NCBI GenBank assembly: GCA_016872385.1
Contig: VGZV01000001.1
Coordinates: forward strand, 22,114 to 86,113
Reading direction: 5' to 3'
DNA: 64,000 nt
Source: SAR202 cluster bacterium
Lineage (GTDB): Bacteria; Chloroflexota; Dehalococcoidia; Lucifugimonadales; UBA3495
Every line of letters begins with the position of its first letter. The first letter of the stretch is position 1. Below the pieces are notes generated by a model. It had not been told where the DNA came from. It saw only the letters and a list, made by a program, of their open reading frames with translations, and did not search any database. Below, piece after piece: positions 9,126 through 18,242 of this stretch. The position numbers and the translations under genes are program-made.

Positions 9126-10394
9126 TCATTCCGATTCAGCAGCGGTCTCTCCCAGTTTGGGCGTAGAGGAAATTATTCCTTCCCTGGCCAGTTCCTCAAT
9201 CTCTTCGTTGGACAATCCCGCCACGTCTCTCAGCACTTCATGGTTGTGCTGTCCCAGCGTGGCGACGTGCCGAATCGTCAGATTAACACCTGGCATACGG
9301 AAGGGCCGCCCGGCGTACACCCTGGTCCCAATATGGGGAGCTGCCTGGTTCTCAAATTCTTGCATGTAGTGTCTGCCTTGCATGTGGGGGTCCGCCACCA
9401 GGTCCTGGGCGGTAAGGATGGCGCCGGCACATATTCCACGTTCTTGCAGTGTCCGCATTAGCTGGCGGTCATCCTGTGTGGCGGTCCAGGTTCCCAACAG
9501 GTTGTCCAGCTCGCGGCGATGCTGCCAGCGTCCCAACGTGGTCTGGAAACGGGAGTCCGCCGCCCACGCCGGGTCATTCATTACGTCTTGGAGCGCCGTC
9601 CACTGGGCATCCTCCCACACGGAAATAGCTATCCATCGGTCGGTGCCACGGCAAGGATAGACGTTGTGGGGAGACTTCCACAGGTGGCCGCATCCCACGC
9701 GCGGACGCGTGATTCCGCGTTGGGCCTCCAGCACAGCCGGGCCGATGCACGAAATTCCAGTCTCCTGCATAGCCAGATCAATGCGTACTCCCTGGCCCGT
9801 GCGATTCCGGTGGTAAATGGCCAGCAGCAAGGCGTAGGCTACATTGTTCCCGGTGGAGTGGTCCATGTAATTATTGCTGGCGCGCTGGGAAGGCCCACCC
9901 TCGTACCCGGTGAGAAAAGACATCCCGCAAGCGGCGTCCACCGTGCGGGCGCGGGAACCGGCCCTGCGCCATGGACCAGTGTGGCCATAGGCGGTGCTGC
10001 TTAGGGTGATGATTCGCGGGTTGATCTTGGCCAGGCTAGCATGGTCGAAACCGAGGCGCTGCATGGTGCCGGGGCGAAAGTTGTCCGTTACCACGTCGCT
10101 ATTTTTTGCCAGGCGAAGGAAGACCTCCTTGCCTTTTGGGGTAGTCACTTCCAAGCACAGGCTTTGCTTGTTGCGTGTGCCATAATAGGCCAGGTTCCCT
10201 CCCTCATTCCACCACTCTTCTCCGCGCTGATTGTTAGGGAAGGGGCCGGCTTCGCGGTCTTGCAGGTGATCCACGCTTTCAATGCGGATGACCTGTGCGC
10301 CCAGATCTGCTAAAAACGACGTGCCCCAGGGCAGGGAGTGGACCTGCTCCAAGGTCAAGACCCGTATCCCGGCAAGGATTCCCGGCGTTGACAT
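9126..10394 (-). CDS. Family III CoA-transferase (CaiB/BaiF)
   Basis: IRVLTLEQVHSLPWGTSFLADLGAQVIRIES. ATG 10394 is preferred over 10421 because a GGAGGG SD lies 5 nt upstream. Confidence 0.9.
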   Translation of the reverse strand: MSTPGILAGIRVLTLEQVHSLPWGTSFLADLGAQVIRIESVDHLQDREAGPFPNNQRGEEWWNEGGNLAYYGTRNKQSLCLEVTTPKGKEVFLRLAKNSDVVTDNFRPGTMQRLGFDHASLAKINPRIITLSSTAYGHTGPWRRAGSRARTVDAACGMSFLTGYEGGPSQRASNNYMDHSTGNNVAYALLLAIYHRNRTGQGVRIDLAMQETGISCIGPAVLEAQRGITRPRVGCGHLWKSPHNVYPCRGTDRWIAISVWEDAQWTALQDVMNDPAWAADSRFQTTLGRWQHRRELDNLLGTWTATQDDRQLMRTLQERGICAGAILTAQDLVADPHMQGRHYMQEFENQAAPHIGTRVYAGRPFRMPGVNLTIRHVATLGQHNHEVLRDVAGLSNEEIEELAREGIISSTPKLGETAAESE

Positions 10395-10537
10395 GACGGC
10401 CCTCCGGTGAGGTAAAAGCATCCAGGATGCAATGGCCCGCCGCGGGCGGCCTGGCCCCCATCCTGCATAGTCTGGAACATGGTCCAGGACAGTTTACGGG
10501 CATCCTAGCTGTATCGCCGACGGGAGTCAATCCTCCG

Positions 10538-10655
10538 TAGTGTATCAATTTGGGCTTCATCGTTCCGCGTAAGCCGGAACCCAGTGCTGCATCTCAGCCC
10601 ACCCCTATCTGGGCACCGGCGGAAGCCGGTGCGACGGATAATTCCAAAGTAAACT
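10538..10655. mobile_element. A-type MITE-like element (inverted)
   Basis: GTAGTGTATCAATTTGGGCTTCATCGTTCCGCGTAAGCCGGAAC...GGCACCGGCGGAAGCCGGTGCGAC. Confidence 0.7.
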
Positions 10656-10898
10656 GATACACCACACCGCCCAATCCTCTGTACTCGTCGGTGTCCTCTG
10701 GTTATCCCAGGCCGGGGCATGGGCACTTTTGCTATTCCAGGGTCGAACAAGGGACTAACCAGTCGGGCATCTGCAGACCGGTGGGTGGCGCCGAAAGCCA
10801 GAGCCGCTGGTCATGCTCGCTGGCGGCTCTATTGGTCCTCAGCGTCCAGAGTTCCAAGTGTGTATAATAATGGCATCGCAAATCAGGCGGGAGGACGC

Positions 10899-11303
10899 AT
10901 GGCTATAAAAAACTGGGATACTAAGACATCTCGCATTGTATATCACCGCTTCGAAGCGGGAGAATCACTTTTGGAAGGCCTCGAGTCCTTGGCTATTTCA
11001 GAAGGCATCCGTGAAGCTGCCGTAATCTCCTGTATAGGAAGCCTGAGCCAATTAAAACGTCGTAATCTTTGCCGCGGCAAAGATGGTGTGAGAGGGCATG
11101 AGAGGGAAACAATCAACGAAATTCTTGAGTTGGTAAGTGCAGAGGGTTACGTTCAACCTTCGGAGGAGGGTGGAGTCCGGGTACATATACACGTCGCTGC
11201 TGCTCGACCTTCAGGGGAAATAGTCGGCGGCCACTGTGAAGACGCTATATGCTTTACAGGCGCATATTTGTATCTCCAGGTCGTAGAAGAAGCACGGAGT
11301 TGA
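10899..11303 (+). CDS. DUF296 / PCC-domain DNA-binding protein
   Basis: MAIKNWDTKTSRIVYHRFEAGESLLEGLESLAISEGIREAAVISCIGSL...HIHVAAARPSGEIVGGH. A GGGAGGA SD precedes ATG 10899. The upstream part of the track ORF is non-coding. Confidence 0.75.
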   Translation: MAIKNWDTKTSRIVYHRFEAGESLLEGLESLAISEGIREAAVISCIGSLSQLKRRNLCRGKDGVRGHERETINEILELVSAEGYVQPSEEGGVRVHIHVAAARPSGEIVGGHCEDAICFTGAYLYLQVVEEARS

Positions 11304-11878
11304 AACGTTAGGTAGGCTCTAGACTCTAACTCTTCCGCAAATTAGGTGAGGGGGTTCTGCACAAAAGCTGGTCAACAGGCGCTTTGCCTATCGTAGGCTG
11401 CCAACTGGTGCAGGACCCCTTGTCGCAATAAGTCCGGATTGGCCAAACTATATCCCATGTGTTTGGCCGATCTCGCCCAGCAGTTCTGGCCTTCACACTG
11501 GTCAGTACCCCAGGGCGCAGGCAATGCCTCTGGATACCCGCGCAGTCTTTCTGGGATCCTCAGGCTACCCTTTGGAACGGTTTGATGCCGGAATCAGCTT
11601 CTTCTTGGAGCCAGTCATCCAGTGGTGGCGCAGCGCATTCCCACGCCAACGGAAATGTCCAAAGATGGGCATTCCACTCCAACAGCGACGAGTCTATAGG
11701 GGCTTCCCCACGCTTGCGGAGTTCGCCGCTACGAGTCCTGCTGGGATTGAACTGGTCCCTGGCCAGCCAGCAAAACCCCAGCGTAACTAGGACCTACTTG
11801 GATTGGGCTGGAATAATGTAGTTGAATTGATTTCAGGCGTAGGCCACCGCCGCGCCCTGGTTTTAACGGAGGAACTCC

Positions 11879-12706
11879 ATGCAGATTGTCGATTCGCAAA
11901 TACACCTCTGGCAAAATGCCCGCATGGCCTCCCACCATAGGCAAATCCCCACTTTTTCAATGGACGACGCCTTGAAGGAGATGGCGGAGGCCGGGGTGGA
12001 AGCGGCGGTGTTGCATCCGCCCAGCACCTTGGGCGAGGCGGTGAATGTTCAGGCTGTGGAAGCGGCGCGGCGGCGACCGGACAAATTCTGCATTCTGGGC
12101 AATTTTGACCTTCAGCGCCCTGACCGGCGGGACATCGTCAAGAACTGGCGGCAGCGGCCGGGCATGGTGGGTTTCCGCTTCACCTTCAACCAACCGCACC
12201 AGCAGGCCTGGTGGAGCAACGGCTCCCTGGACTGGTTCTGGGCCGCGTGCGAGGAAGAAAGGTTGCCCGTGGGCTTGCTGGCGGGCGGCCACATGGCTGA
12301 CCTGGGCCAAATAGCCCAGCGCCATCCTGGGCTGAAGCTGCATATTGACCACTATGGCCGGGGCGGCGGCGGCAGCGGCGGGAAAGATGACGCCGCCTTT
12401 GCTGACTTGGGGGAGATGCTGGCCTTGGCGAAATACCCTAACGTGGCAGTCAAGCTCTCTGGAGGGCCGAGCTACTCGAGCCAACCCTATCCCTACCGCA
12501 ACATCCACAAATACATCCAGCAAGTCTTTAACGCCTTCGGGCCGCAGCGCTGCTTCTGGGGCACCGACCTAACCCGCATGCCGTGCCCGTACCGGCAATG
12601 CGTGACCATGTTCACGGAAGAGCTCCCCTGGCTCCGCGGCAGGGACAAAGAGCTAGTCATGGGGGATGCAGTCTGCGACTGGCTGGGTTGGAAACGGCCC
12701 ATCTAG
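11879..12706 (+). CDS. Amidohydrolase-2 family metal-dependent hydrolase (TIM barrel)
   Basis: The N-terminus MQIVDSQIHLW is the HxH-type metal motif. 275 aa, with a GGAGGA SD. Confidence 0.8.
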   Translation: MQIVDSQIHLWQNARMASHHRQIPTFSMDDALKEMAEAGVEAAVLHPPSTLGEAVNVQAVEAARRRPDKFCILGNFDLQRPDRRDIVKNWRQRPGMVGFRFTFNQPHQQAWWSNGSLDWFWAACEEERLPVGLLAGGHMADLGQIAQRHPGLKLHIDHYGRGGGGSGGKDDAAFADLGEMLALAKYPNVAVKLSGGPSYSSQPYPYRNIHKYIQQVFNAFGPQRCFWGTDLTRMPCPYRQCVTMFTEELPWLRGRDKELVMGDAVCDWLGWKRPI

Positions 12707-12737
12707 CGCAAGTCAGGGCGCTGGCAACAGAATTCAA

Positions 12738-13029
12738 TAGTGCGTCCGTTTGCTTAAAGGCTCAACTCGCCACACCGGCGAAAGCCGGTGTCCAGATATA
12801 GGATACATACAGTTCTCCACTGGATTCCGGTTTCCGGCGGAATGACTAAGAGCGTGTGTGAGAAATGCCGTCTACCCAGCCCGCTCATCCTGAGCTTGTC
12901 GAAGGATGAGTAGCTTTTAGTCCGCTCATGGTTCGACAAGCCCCGACCTGGTCGGGATCCCGATACGTCGGGACTCACCACCAGCGGGAATTCTCACACA
13001 CCCTCTAAGGGCTAATTGATATACTACCC
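12738..13029. mobile_element. A-type MITE carrying a nested C-type MITE
   Basis: Matches the uninterrupted 132-bp A copy at 43169-43300. It is interrupted after GGAATGAC-TAA by the element at 12850-13005. Confidence 0.8.
12850..13005. mobile_element. C-type MITE (longer subfamily with internal 33-bp hairpin insert), TSD TAA
   Basis: TIRs are GAGCGTGTGTGAG and CTCACACACCCTC. TAA occurs at 12847-12849 and 13006-13008. A 33-bp insert, CCCGACCTGGTCGGGATCCCGATACGTCGGGAC, is present relative to the 7512 copy. Confidence 0.85.
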
Positions 13030-13228
13030 AGAATTCTGATGCATTGCTCCTCATGTACATTACAAAGTAGCCGGAGGTTGCTTACGCAGGTACGGAATGG
13101 GTAAATTCGTAAATTGTGGGGTATGCCACGTCCTGGTCAAGGAGTATTGGAGGAATTAGCATTTACCAGGGAGCAGTTTGTTGAGGCGTCGGTCCAGTCT
13201 TGGGAATCTCGTCTGAGGGAAAAACATC

Positions 13229-14631
13229 ATGACCTCTCTTCAGGTAGCAAATAAACATGGTGGACATGCTACTTTGGACGTGGTTGTTCTTGACCAGTTT
13301 AATAAAGGAATACGCGGCCAAGTGGTGACTCCCGGCCAACCCAATTATGACCAGGCGCGGTCCCTCTGGAATGGCAATGCGGACAAACATCCGGCGCTAA
13401 TTGTCCAGTGTGACGGGGTGGCTGACGTCATCGCCTGTGTCAATTTCGCCCGGGACAACGGCCTGCTGCTCTCGGTACGGGGGGGCGGGCACAGCTTTCC
13501 CGGCACCTCGGTGGCCAACGACGGCCTGGTAATTGACCTGTCAGGTATGCACAGCATCCGGGTAGACCCGGTGCGGCGCACTGCCCGGGCGGAAGGGGGA
13601 ACCCGCTGGGGGGCTTTCGACCACGCCACCCAGGCCTTTGGCTTGGCCACTACCGGGGGCACTAACACTGATACCGGTATTGGTGGGCTGTCCCTGGGCG
13701 GCGGCCACGGCTGGCTGGGCGGTAAGCACGGGCTTGCCTTGGACAATCTGATCTCAGTGGACATCGTCACCGCCGACGGAAAACTGCGGATTGCCAGCCA
13801 GGAAGAGAACGCAGACCTTTTCTGGGCAGTGCGGGGTGGTGGCGGAAACTTTGGGGTGGTGACCTCCTTTGAGTACCGGCTTCACCCCGTGGGAGAATTG
13901 CTGGCGGGAATGCTGATCCATCCTATCGAGCGGGCCGCCGAAGCCTTTCGTTTCTACCGGGACTTCACTCGAAATGTTCCGGATGAGTTTACCAGTTGGT
14001 TTGTTTTGATGGTCTCCCCAGAAGGCCAGCGTGTGTGCGTCATTGTGCCCTGCTACAATGGGCCCCTGGCCGAGTGGGAGAAGTACCTAGAACCTTTACG
14101 AGAGTTCGCGCCTCCTGTAGCTGACTTAGTAGGCCCGATGAAGTATGAAGCCCTGCAGGCGCTTACTGACGACGCGCTAAAGGCCGGGCGGCAATACTAC
14201 GAAAAATCCCTCTTTCTAAAGGAAATCAGCGACGAGGCCATAGAAACCATCATCGAACACTACGACCGGGCCACGGCCCCCTACCGGTGGTGTTGCTTCA
14301 GCAGGTGGGCAACGCGGTGCTGCGGGTGCCCAATGCGGCGACGGCCTACGGCCATCGGGACGGGGCATACAACTGTCTTGCCATCCCGGTGTGGGACGAC
14401 CCTGGGGAAATGGAGATTCACCGCAAGTGGGCCCGAGACTTGTGGGAGGCCTTACTGCCCCATGGCACCGGCGGCTGGTACATAAATAACATAGGTAGTG
14501 AGGAGGACGACGGGGCGCAGGTGGTCCGCTCCTCCTTCGGCCCCAACTACCGGCGGCTGGCGCAAGTTAAGCATAAGTACGATCCAGACAACCTTTTCTG
14601 CCACAACCAGAACATTAGGCCTTTGGCTTAA
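13229..14631 (+). CDS. FAD-binding oxidoreductase with C-terminal BBE (berberine-bridge) domain, interrupted by a 1-nt frameshift
   Basis: The FAD_binding_4 pattern is LLLSVRGGGHSFPG...GIGGLSLGGGHGWLG. The C-terminal AYGHRDGAY...NYRRLAQVKHKYDPDNLF is in a second frame (track ORF 14287-14631). The frames join at the C5 run 14277-14281. Confidence 0.85.
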
Positions 14632-15050
14632 GCTGTAACAAAATTCGGGTGGGGAGCCGGCCTTAGTTGGAAACGGTTCTCATGTCAGGAGATTCCGTAT
14701 GGTTGAGGAGTCTCCTGACAATAATACCGGGCTCCCAGCGGAACCTGTCTTCCAACCGCAGGGTCTTTCAGGTTCTAGTTGCTGGCGCAAGACATATGCA
14801 CAGGAGGGCAAAGCAGCGCAAGACGTAGCTCTTCCTTGCGCACTTGCGGCAGTTTGAACAGTTACGCCAAAAGTGTACCGTAGCGCAGCCAAGGGAAACC
14901 TGCTAGAATGGATGCAGTGGTAAATATCAGCAGCCCGCCGCTCTGGCTGGGTTTAGTGCAGGACTCCCTTGTCTCTCCTGTCCTCCTCACCCCTGGAAAT
15001 CGCGCTGACTGAAGTTTCCCAACTTTTCTAACTCAAGGAGTTGGCGCGCT

Positions 15051-15398
15051 ATGCCAGACAAGACCCTTACCTGCCGCGATTGTGGCACAAATTTCATCTT
15101 CACCACTGCTGAACAGGAATTTTTCGCCAGCAAGGGCTTCACCAACGAGCCTGGCCGGTGTTCCGCGTGCCGGAGCGCCCGTAATGAATCCAGGGGCGGT
15201 TCCGGTGGCCGTGGTTACGGCGGCGGGGGCGGGTACGAACGCCGTTCCCAGCAGTTATTCCCCGCCGTTTGCGCCCAGTGCAGCAAGGATACCCAGGTGC
15301 CTTTCCAGCCCCGGGGCGACCGCCCAGTTTATTGTTCCACCTGCTATGAGACCCAGCGGGGCAGTTCTGGCCAGTCTCGCCGTGGCGGCAGCCGTTGA
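15051..15398 (+). CDS. Zinc-ribbon protein (two CxxC...CxxC units joined by an RGG/Gly-rich linker)
   Basis: TCRDCGTNFIFTTAEQEFFASKGFTNEPGRCSACR ... CAQCSKDTQVPFQPRGDRPVYCSTCY. The stop overlaps the helicase start. Confidence 0.8.
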   Translation: MPDKTLTCRDCGTNFIFTTAEQEFFASKGFTNEPGRCSACRSARNESRGGSGGRGYGGGGGYERRSQQLFPAVCAQCSKDTQVPFQPRGDRPVYCSTCYETQRGSSGQSRRGGSR

Positions 15399-16729
15399 TT
15401 GCTGAGGCGACCTCGTTCGCCAACGCCCGTATTCAACCAGCCACCCAACGCGCAATCTCACAAATGGGCATCACGGCGCCCACTCCCATTCAGGCCCAGG
15501 CAATACCAATGCTTCTTGCCGGAAATGACGTGGTGGGCCAAGCCCGCACCGGTTCCGGCAAGACCTTGGCATTCACCATCCCAATAGTGGAGCGGTGCAA
15601 CCCCAAGGTTCGTAGCGCTCAGGCCCTGGTCCTGGTGCCCACCCGCGAACTGGCCATTCAGGTGGGTGAGGTTATGGCGCACTTCTGCGCCGCCCGCCGC
15701 CTGCGCATGACGCTGCTTTACGGCGGCCGTTCCCTGGCCCCAGAGCGTTACTGGCTGGCAGGCGGAGCGCAGGTGGTGGTAGGCACCCCAGGCCGCACCC
15801 TGGACCACTTGCGCCAGGGCAGCCTTTCTCTCAACCAGTTGCACATGCTGGTGCTGGACGAAGGCGATGAGATGCTGGACCGGGGGTTTGCTCCCGATGT
15901 GGAGCGTATCCTGGCCCATACCCCGGCCAGTAGGCAGACCGCCCTTTTTTCCGCCACCATGCCCCGGTGGGTTATGGAGACTGCCTCCCGCCACCTCAGA
16001 AGCCCGGTCATGGTCCAAATTGACCGCGAAACGCAGCCGCCGCCGGAGATAGTGCATTCGGTCTATGAGGTAGCCCCCGGAGACAAGTTCAACGCGTTGC
16101 GGACCTTGCTGGACCAACGTGGCAACGGGCCTGTGCTGGTGTTCGGGCGCACCAAGCAGGGGGTGAAGAGACTGGCCCGGCAACTTGACGCCCTGGGGTA
16201 CCCGGTGGCGGCGTTGCAGGGAAACCTCAGCCAGAACACCCGGGAACGGGTATTGGGCGACTTCAAACTTGGCAACGTGCCCATCCTGGTGGCTACCAAC
16301 GTGGCGGCTCGCGGCCTGGACGTACTGGGCATTGAACGGGTAATCAACTACGAGCTTCCTGAGTCGCCGGAGCTTTTCACCCACCGCGTTGGCCGCACCG
16401 GGCGGATGGGGAACCAGGGCGAGGCTGTCACCTTTGTCACTCCGGAGGATGCCGGCAAATGGCGGCAGATTGAGCGGTCTCTCGGCCGCCGGTTGCCCCG
16501 CCGGGCCTGGCCGAAAGGCACGGCCTCCTCTGGGCAAGCAGGGCTTCCAGTAAACTCTCCCCAATCTTCGCTCGCCAGCGTCCAGGGAAATGGTCACGTC
16601 GGGAGCCAACCACACCAAGGCTCGGCGCATGCCCCTCGGCTAGCAAATGCTAGGGGCGGTTACCGGTTCAGAACGCCTGTCCGCCGCCCTGCGCCGCGCA
16701 GGACTCTTGGAGGACAACCAGGGCAGTAA
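15395..16729 (+). CDS. DEAD-box ATP-dependent RNA helicase
   Basis: Q motif, GSGKT (motif I), DEGD (variant DEAD box), SAT and HRVGRTGR are all present. The TTG start overlaps the upstream stop (TTGA). Confidence 0.9.
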   Translation: MIAEATSFANARIQPATQRAISQMGITAPTPIQAQAIPMLLAGNDVVGQARTGSGKTLAFTIPIVERCNPKVRSAQALVLVPTRELAIQVGEVMAHFCAARRLRMTLLYGGRSLAPERYWLAGGAQVVVGTPGRTLDHLRQGSLSLNQLHMLVLDEGDEMLDRGFAPDVERILAHTPASRQTALFSATMPRWVMETASRHLRSPVMVQIDRETQPPPEIVHSVYEVAPGDKFNALRTLLDQRGNGPVLVFGRTKQGVKRLARQLDALGYPVAALQGNLSQNTRERVLGDFKLGNVPILVATNVAARGLDVLGIERVINYELPESPELFTHRVGRTGRMGNQGEAVTFVTPEDAGKWRQIERSLGRRLPRRAWPKGTASSGQAGLPVNSPQSSLASVQGNGHVGSQPHQGSAHAPRLANARGGYRFRTPVRRPAPRRTLGGQPGQ

Positions 16730-16810
16730 GTCTAGCGCGGTAGGCACAATTAGGGGCCATGCGTTGGCAGTGGTGGAAAAGCTCCGTACCCCAGCAAAGT
16801 CCAGAAAGCG

Positions 16811-17060
16811 ATGGTCGCGCAATTCAGGGTGGATCCCCAATCGCTAGCCAAGCTTCGCCTCCTGGATAAAGCCGGACGCATCGCCCGAAGAGGGGTGAGG
16901 TTCATCCGCATCTTCGACCCCACCCCGGTCAGCGGACTAGCCGCCCAACCCCCACTTTGAGGACCTGGATTTGGCGGGGCAGCGCCAGTCCCTCCTGTTT
17001 ACTGGCCATATTGAATTGGACGGCTCCGTCTACCTGGCCCAGGTTGCCGCTGCCGGATGA
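16811..17060 (+). CDS. Possible small unannotated ORF (~83 aa) split by a 1-nt indel
   Basis: ATG 16811 MVAQFRVDPQSLAKLRLLDKAGRIARRGVRFIRIFDPTPVSGLAAQP, then after the C5 run 16949-16953 the +1 frame reads HFEDLDLAGQRQSLLFTGHIELDGSVYLAQVAAAG-stop (17058-17060). No family was recognised. Confidence 0.3.
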
Positions 17061-17131
17061 TGTCCCCCCTCACCTAGCGCCGCCCCGTGTTGCGTCCCAC
17101 TGGGGCGGCAATGCTATGAATGCAATCCTTG

Positions 17132-17277
17132 GGTACTGGTTCAGTTTGTCTCGCAAATGAGGAAGAAGTTGCTCGTCGCACCCCGACAAGTCGGGGTGCC
17201 CAGATACAGAATAGATACAGTTCTCTACTGGATTCCGGCTTCCGCCGGAATGACGGGTTTCAAACTGAACCAGTACT
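17132..17277. mobile_element. A-type MITE variant with 16-bp perfect TIR
   Basis: The TIR is GTACTGGTTCAGTTTG (17132-) / CAAACTGAACCAGTAC (-17277). The internal sequence is CCAGATACAGAATAGATACAGTTCTCTACTGGATTCCGGCTTCCGCCGGAATGAC. Confidence 0.8.
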
Positions 17278-17414
17278 CAATCCGCAATCTTGACAAGCTT
17301 GGGCATTTGTAACAAAATCAGGGGCAATCACCTTGCGGATGGTTCTATCCCGTGGCAGGGCTGTACCATACTACTCTCCCTGGTCAAACTGGACGCTTTT
17401 CTGCAGGAGTAGCC

Positions 17415-18212
17415 ATGACAACTACGTTAAGCGGCAGAGAGACTTCTATTACCGTCGCGGGCGCCAAGGTGCAAATGTTTTCCGGCGGCTCCGGCCCGGC
17501 CCTGGTCTTCCTCCACGGCGCGGGCGGCAGCGCAGGCTGGCAGGCCTACCACCAGGAGCTATCCAAGAAGTACACGGTGTATGTGCCTTCCCAGCCCGGC
17601 TTTAACGGCACGGAAAGGCCGGAGTGGGTCTATACCATTAACGACGTGGCCCACTTCAACCAGGCCATGGTGCAGCAGCTGGGACTGGACCATTACATTC
17701 TGATGGGTTCGTCCATGGGCGGCTGGATCGCTGCGGAAATGGCGGCCATGTGCCACCATAACCTGCGCGGGCTGATTCTGGTGGACGCGGCAGGCATCAA
17801 GCCCGAAAACTCGGACATCGCCGAGATTTTCATGGTGTCTGCTCAGACCCGCCTCAAGCAGCGGTTCTTCGATCCCACCCAGGTGCCCAATTATCAGCAG
17901 CTTACCCGCCAGCTTTCTCCTGAGGAGCAGCAGGTGGAACACGCCAACCGGGAGATGGCCTCCCGGCTGTGCTGGCGGCCCTACTTGCACAATCCCAGCC
18001 TGCCACACTATCTGGGTGCGGTGCCCACGCCTACCCTGATTGTGTGGGGCAAGCAGGACGCCATTATCCCGGTAGAGTGCGGCGAGCTGTACCAGAAGGC
18101 CCTGCCCAACGCTACCCTGCGCATTATTGACCACTGCGGCCATTCCCCAGCCCTGGAGAAGCCCCAGGAGTTCTTGAAAACGGTCACGGACTTCCTGTCC
18201 CGCCTCAAGTAA
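17415..18212 (+). CDS. Alpha/beta hydrolase
   Basis: PALVFLHGAGGS and the nucleophile elbow GSSMGG, with a C-terminal DHCGH. ATG 17415 has a GCAGGAG SD. Confidence 0.85.
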   Translation: MTTTLSGRETSITVAGAKVQMFSGGSGPALVFLHGAGGSAGWQAYHQELSKKYTVYVPSQPGFNGTERPEWVYTINDVAHFNQAMVQQLGLDHYILMGSSMGGWIAAEMAAMCHHNLRGLILVDAAGIKPENSDIAEIFMVSAQTRLKQRFFDPTQVPNYQQLTRQLSPEEQQVEHANREMASRLCWRPYLHNPSLPHYLGAVPTPTLIVWGKQDAIIPVECGELYQKALPNATLRIIDHCGHSPALEKPQEFLKTVTDFLSRLK

Positions 18213-18242
18213 TTAACCGGCATAGCAGAGCGGAGGATAGTC

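Noticed and set aside
10719-10898. N-terminal extensions of track ORFs into upstream sequence: 10719, 17352, 25159, 26359, 26805, 30950, 33965, 54461-55717 and 61922.
   Set aside because: The extensions run through MITE copies or the preceding gene and lack SD sequences. Internal starts with good SDs or stop/start overlaps match the family N-termini.
11304-11878. A 575-bp gap with track ORFs 11459-11821 and 11524-11790 (plus strand) and protein-like stretches on the minus strand, considered as a possible degraded gene or transposase remnant.
   Set aside because: There is no start/stop-consistent ORF and no motif I can assign to a family, and the frames are interrupted by stops. I left it unannotated. 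A TBLASTX search would settle it.
15458-16630. Long antisense ORFs opposite real genes: 15458-16630, 22000-23460, 27798-28742, 32350-34140, 39677-41071, 55762-57042, 58636-59817 and 60966-61766.
   Set aside because: Each lies opposite a gene with clear family motifs (helicase, NirA, UreC, GlnA and others). Their translations are low-complexity and Arg/Gly/Pro/His-rich, as expected for stop-poor antisense frames in high-GC DNA. None has a recognisable domain.
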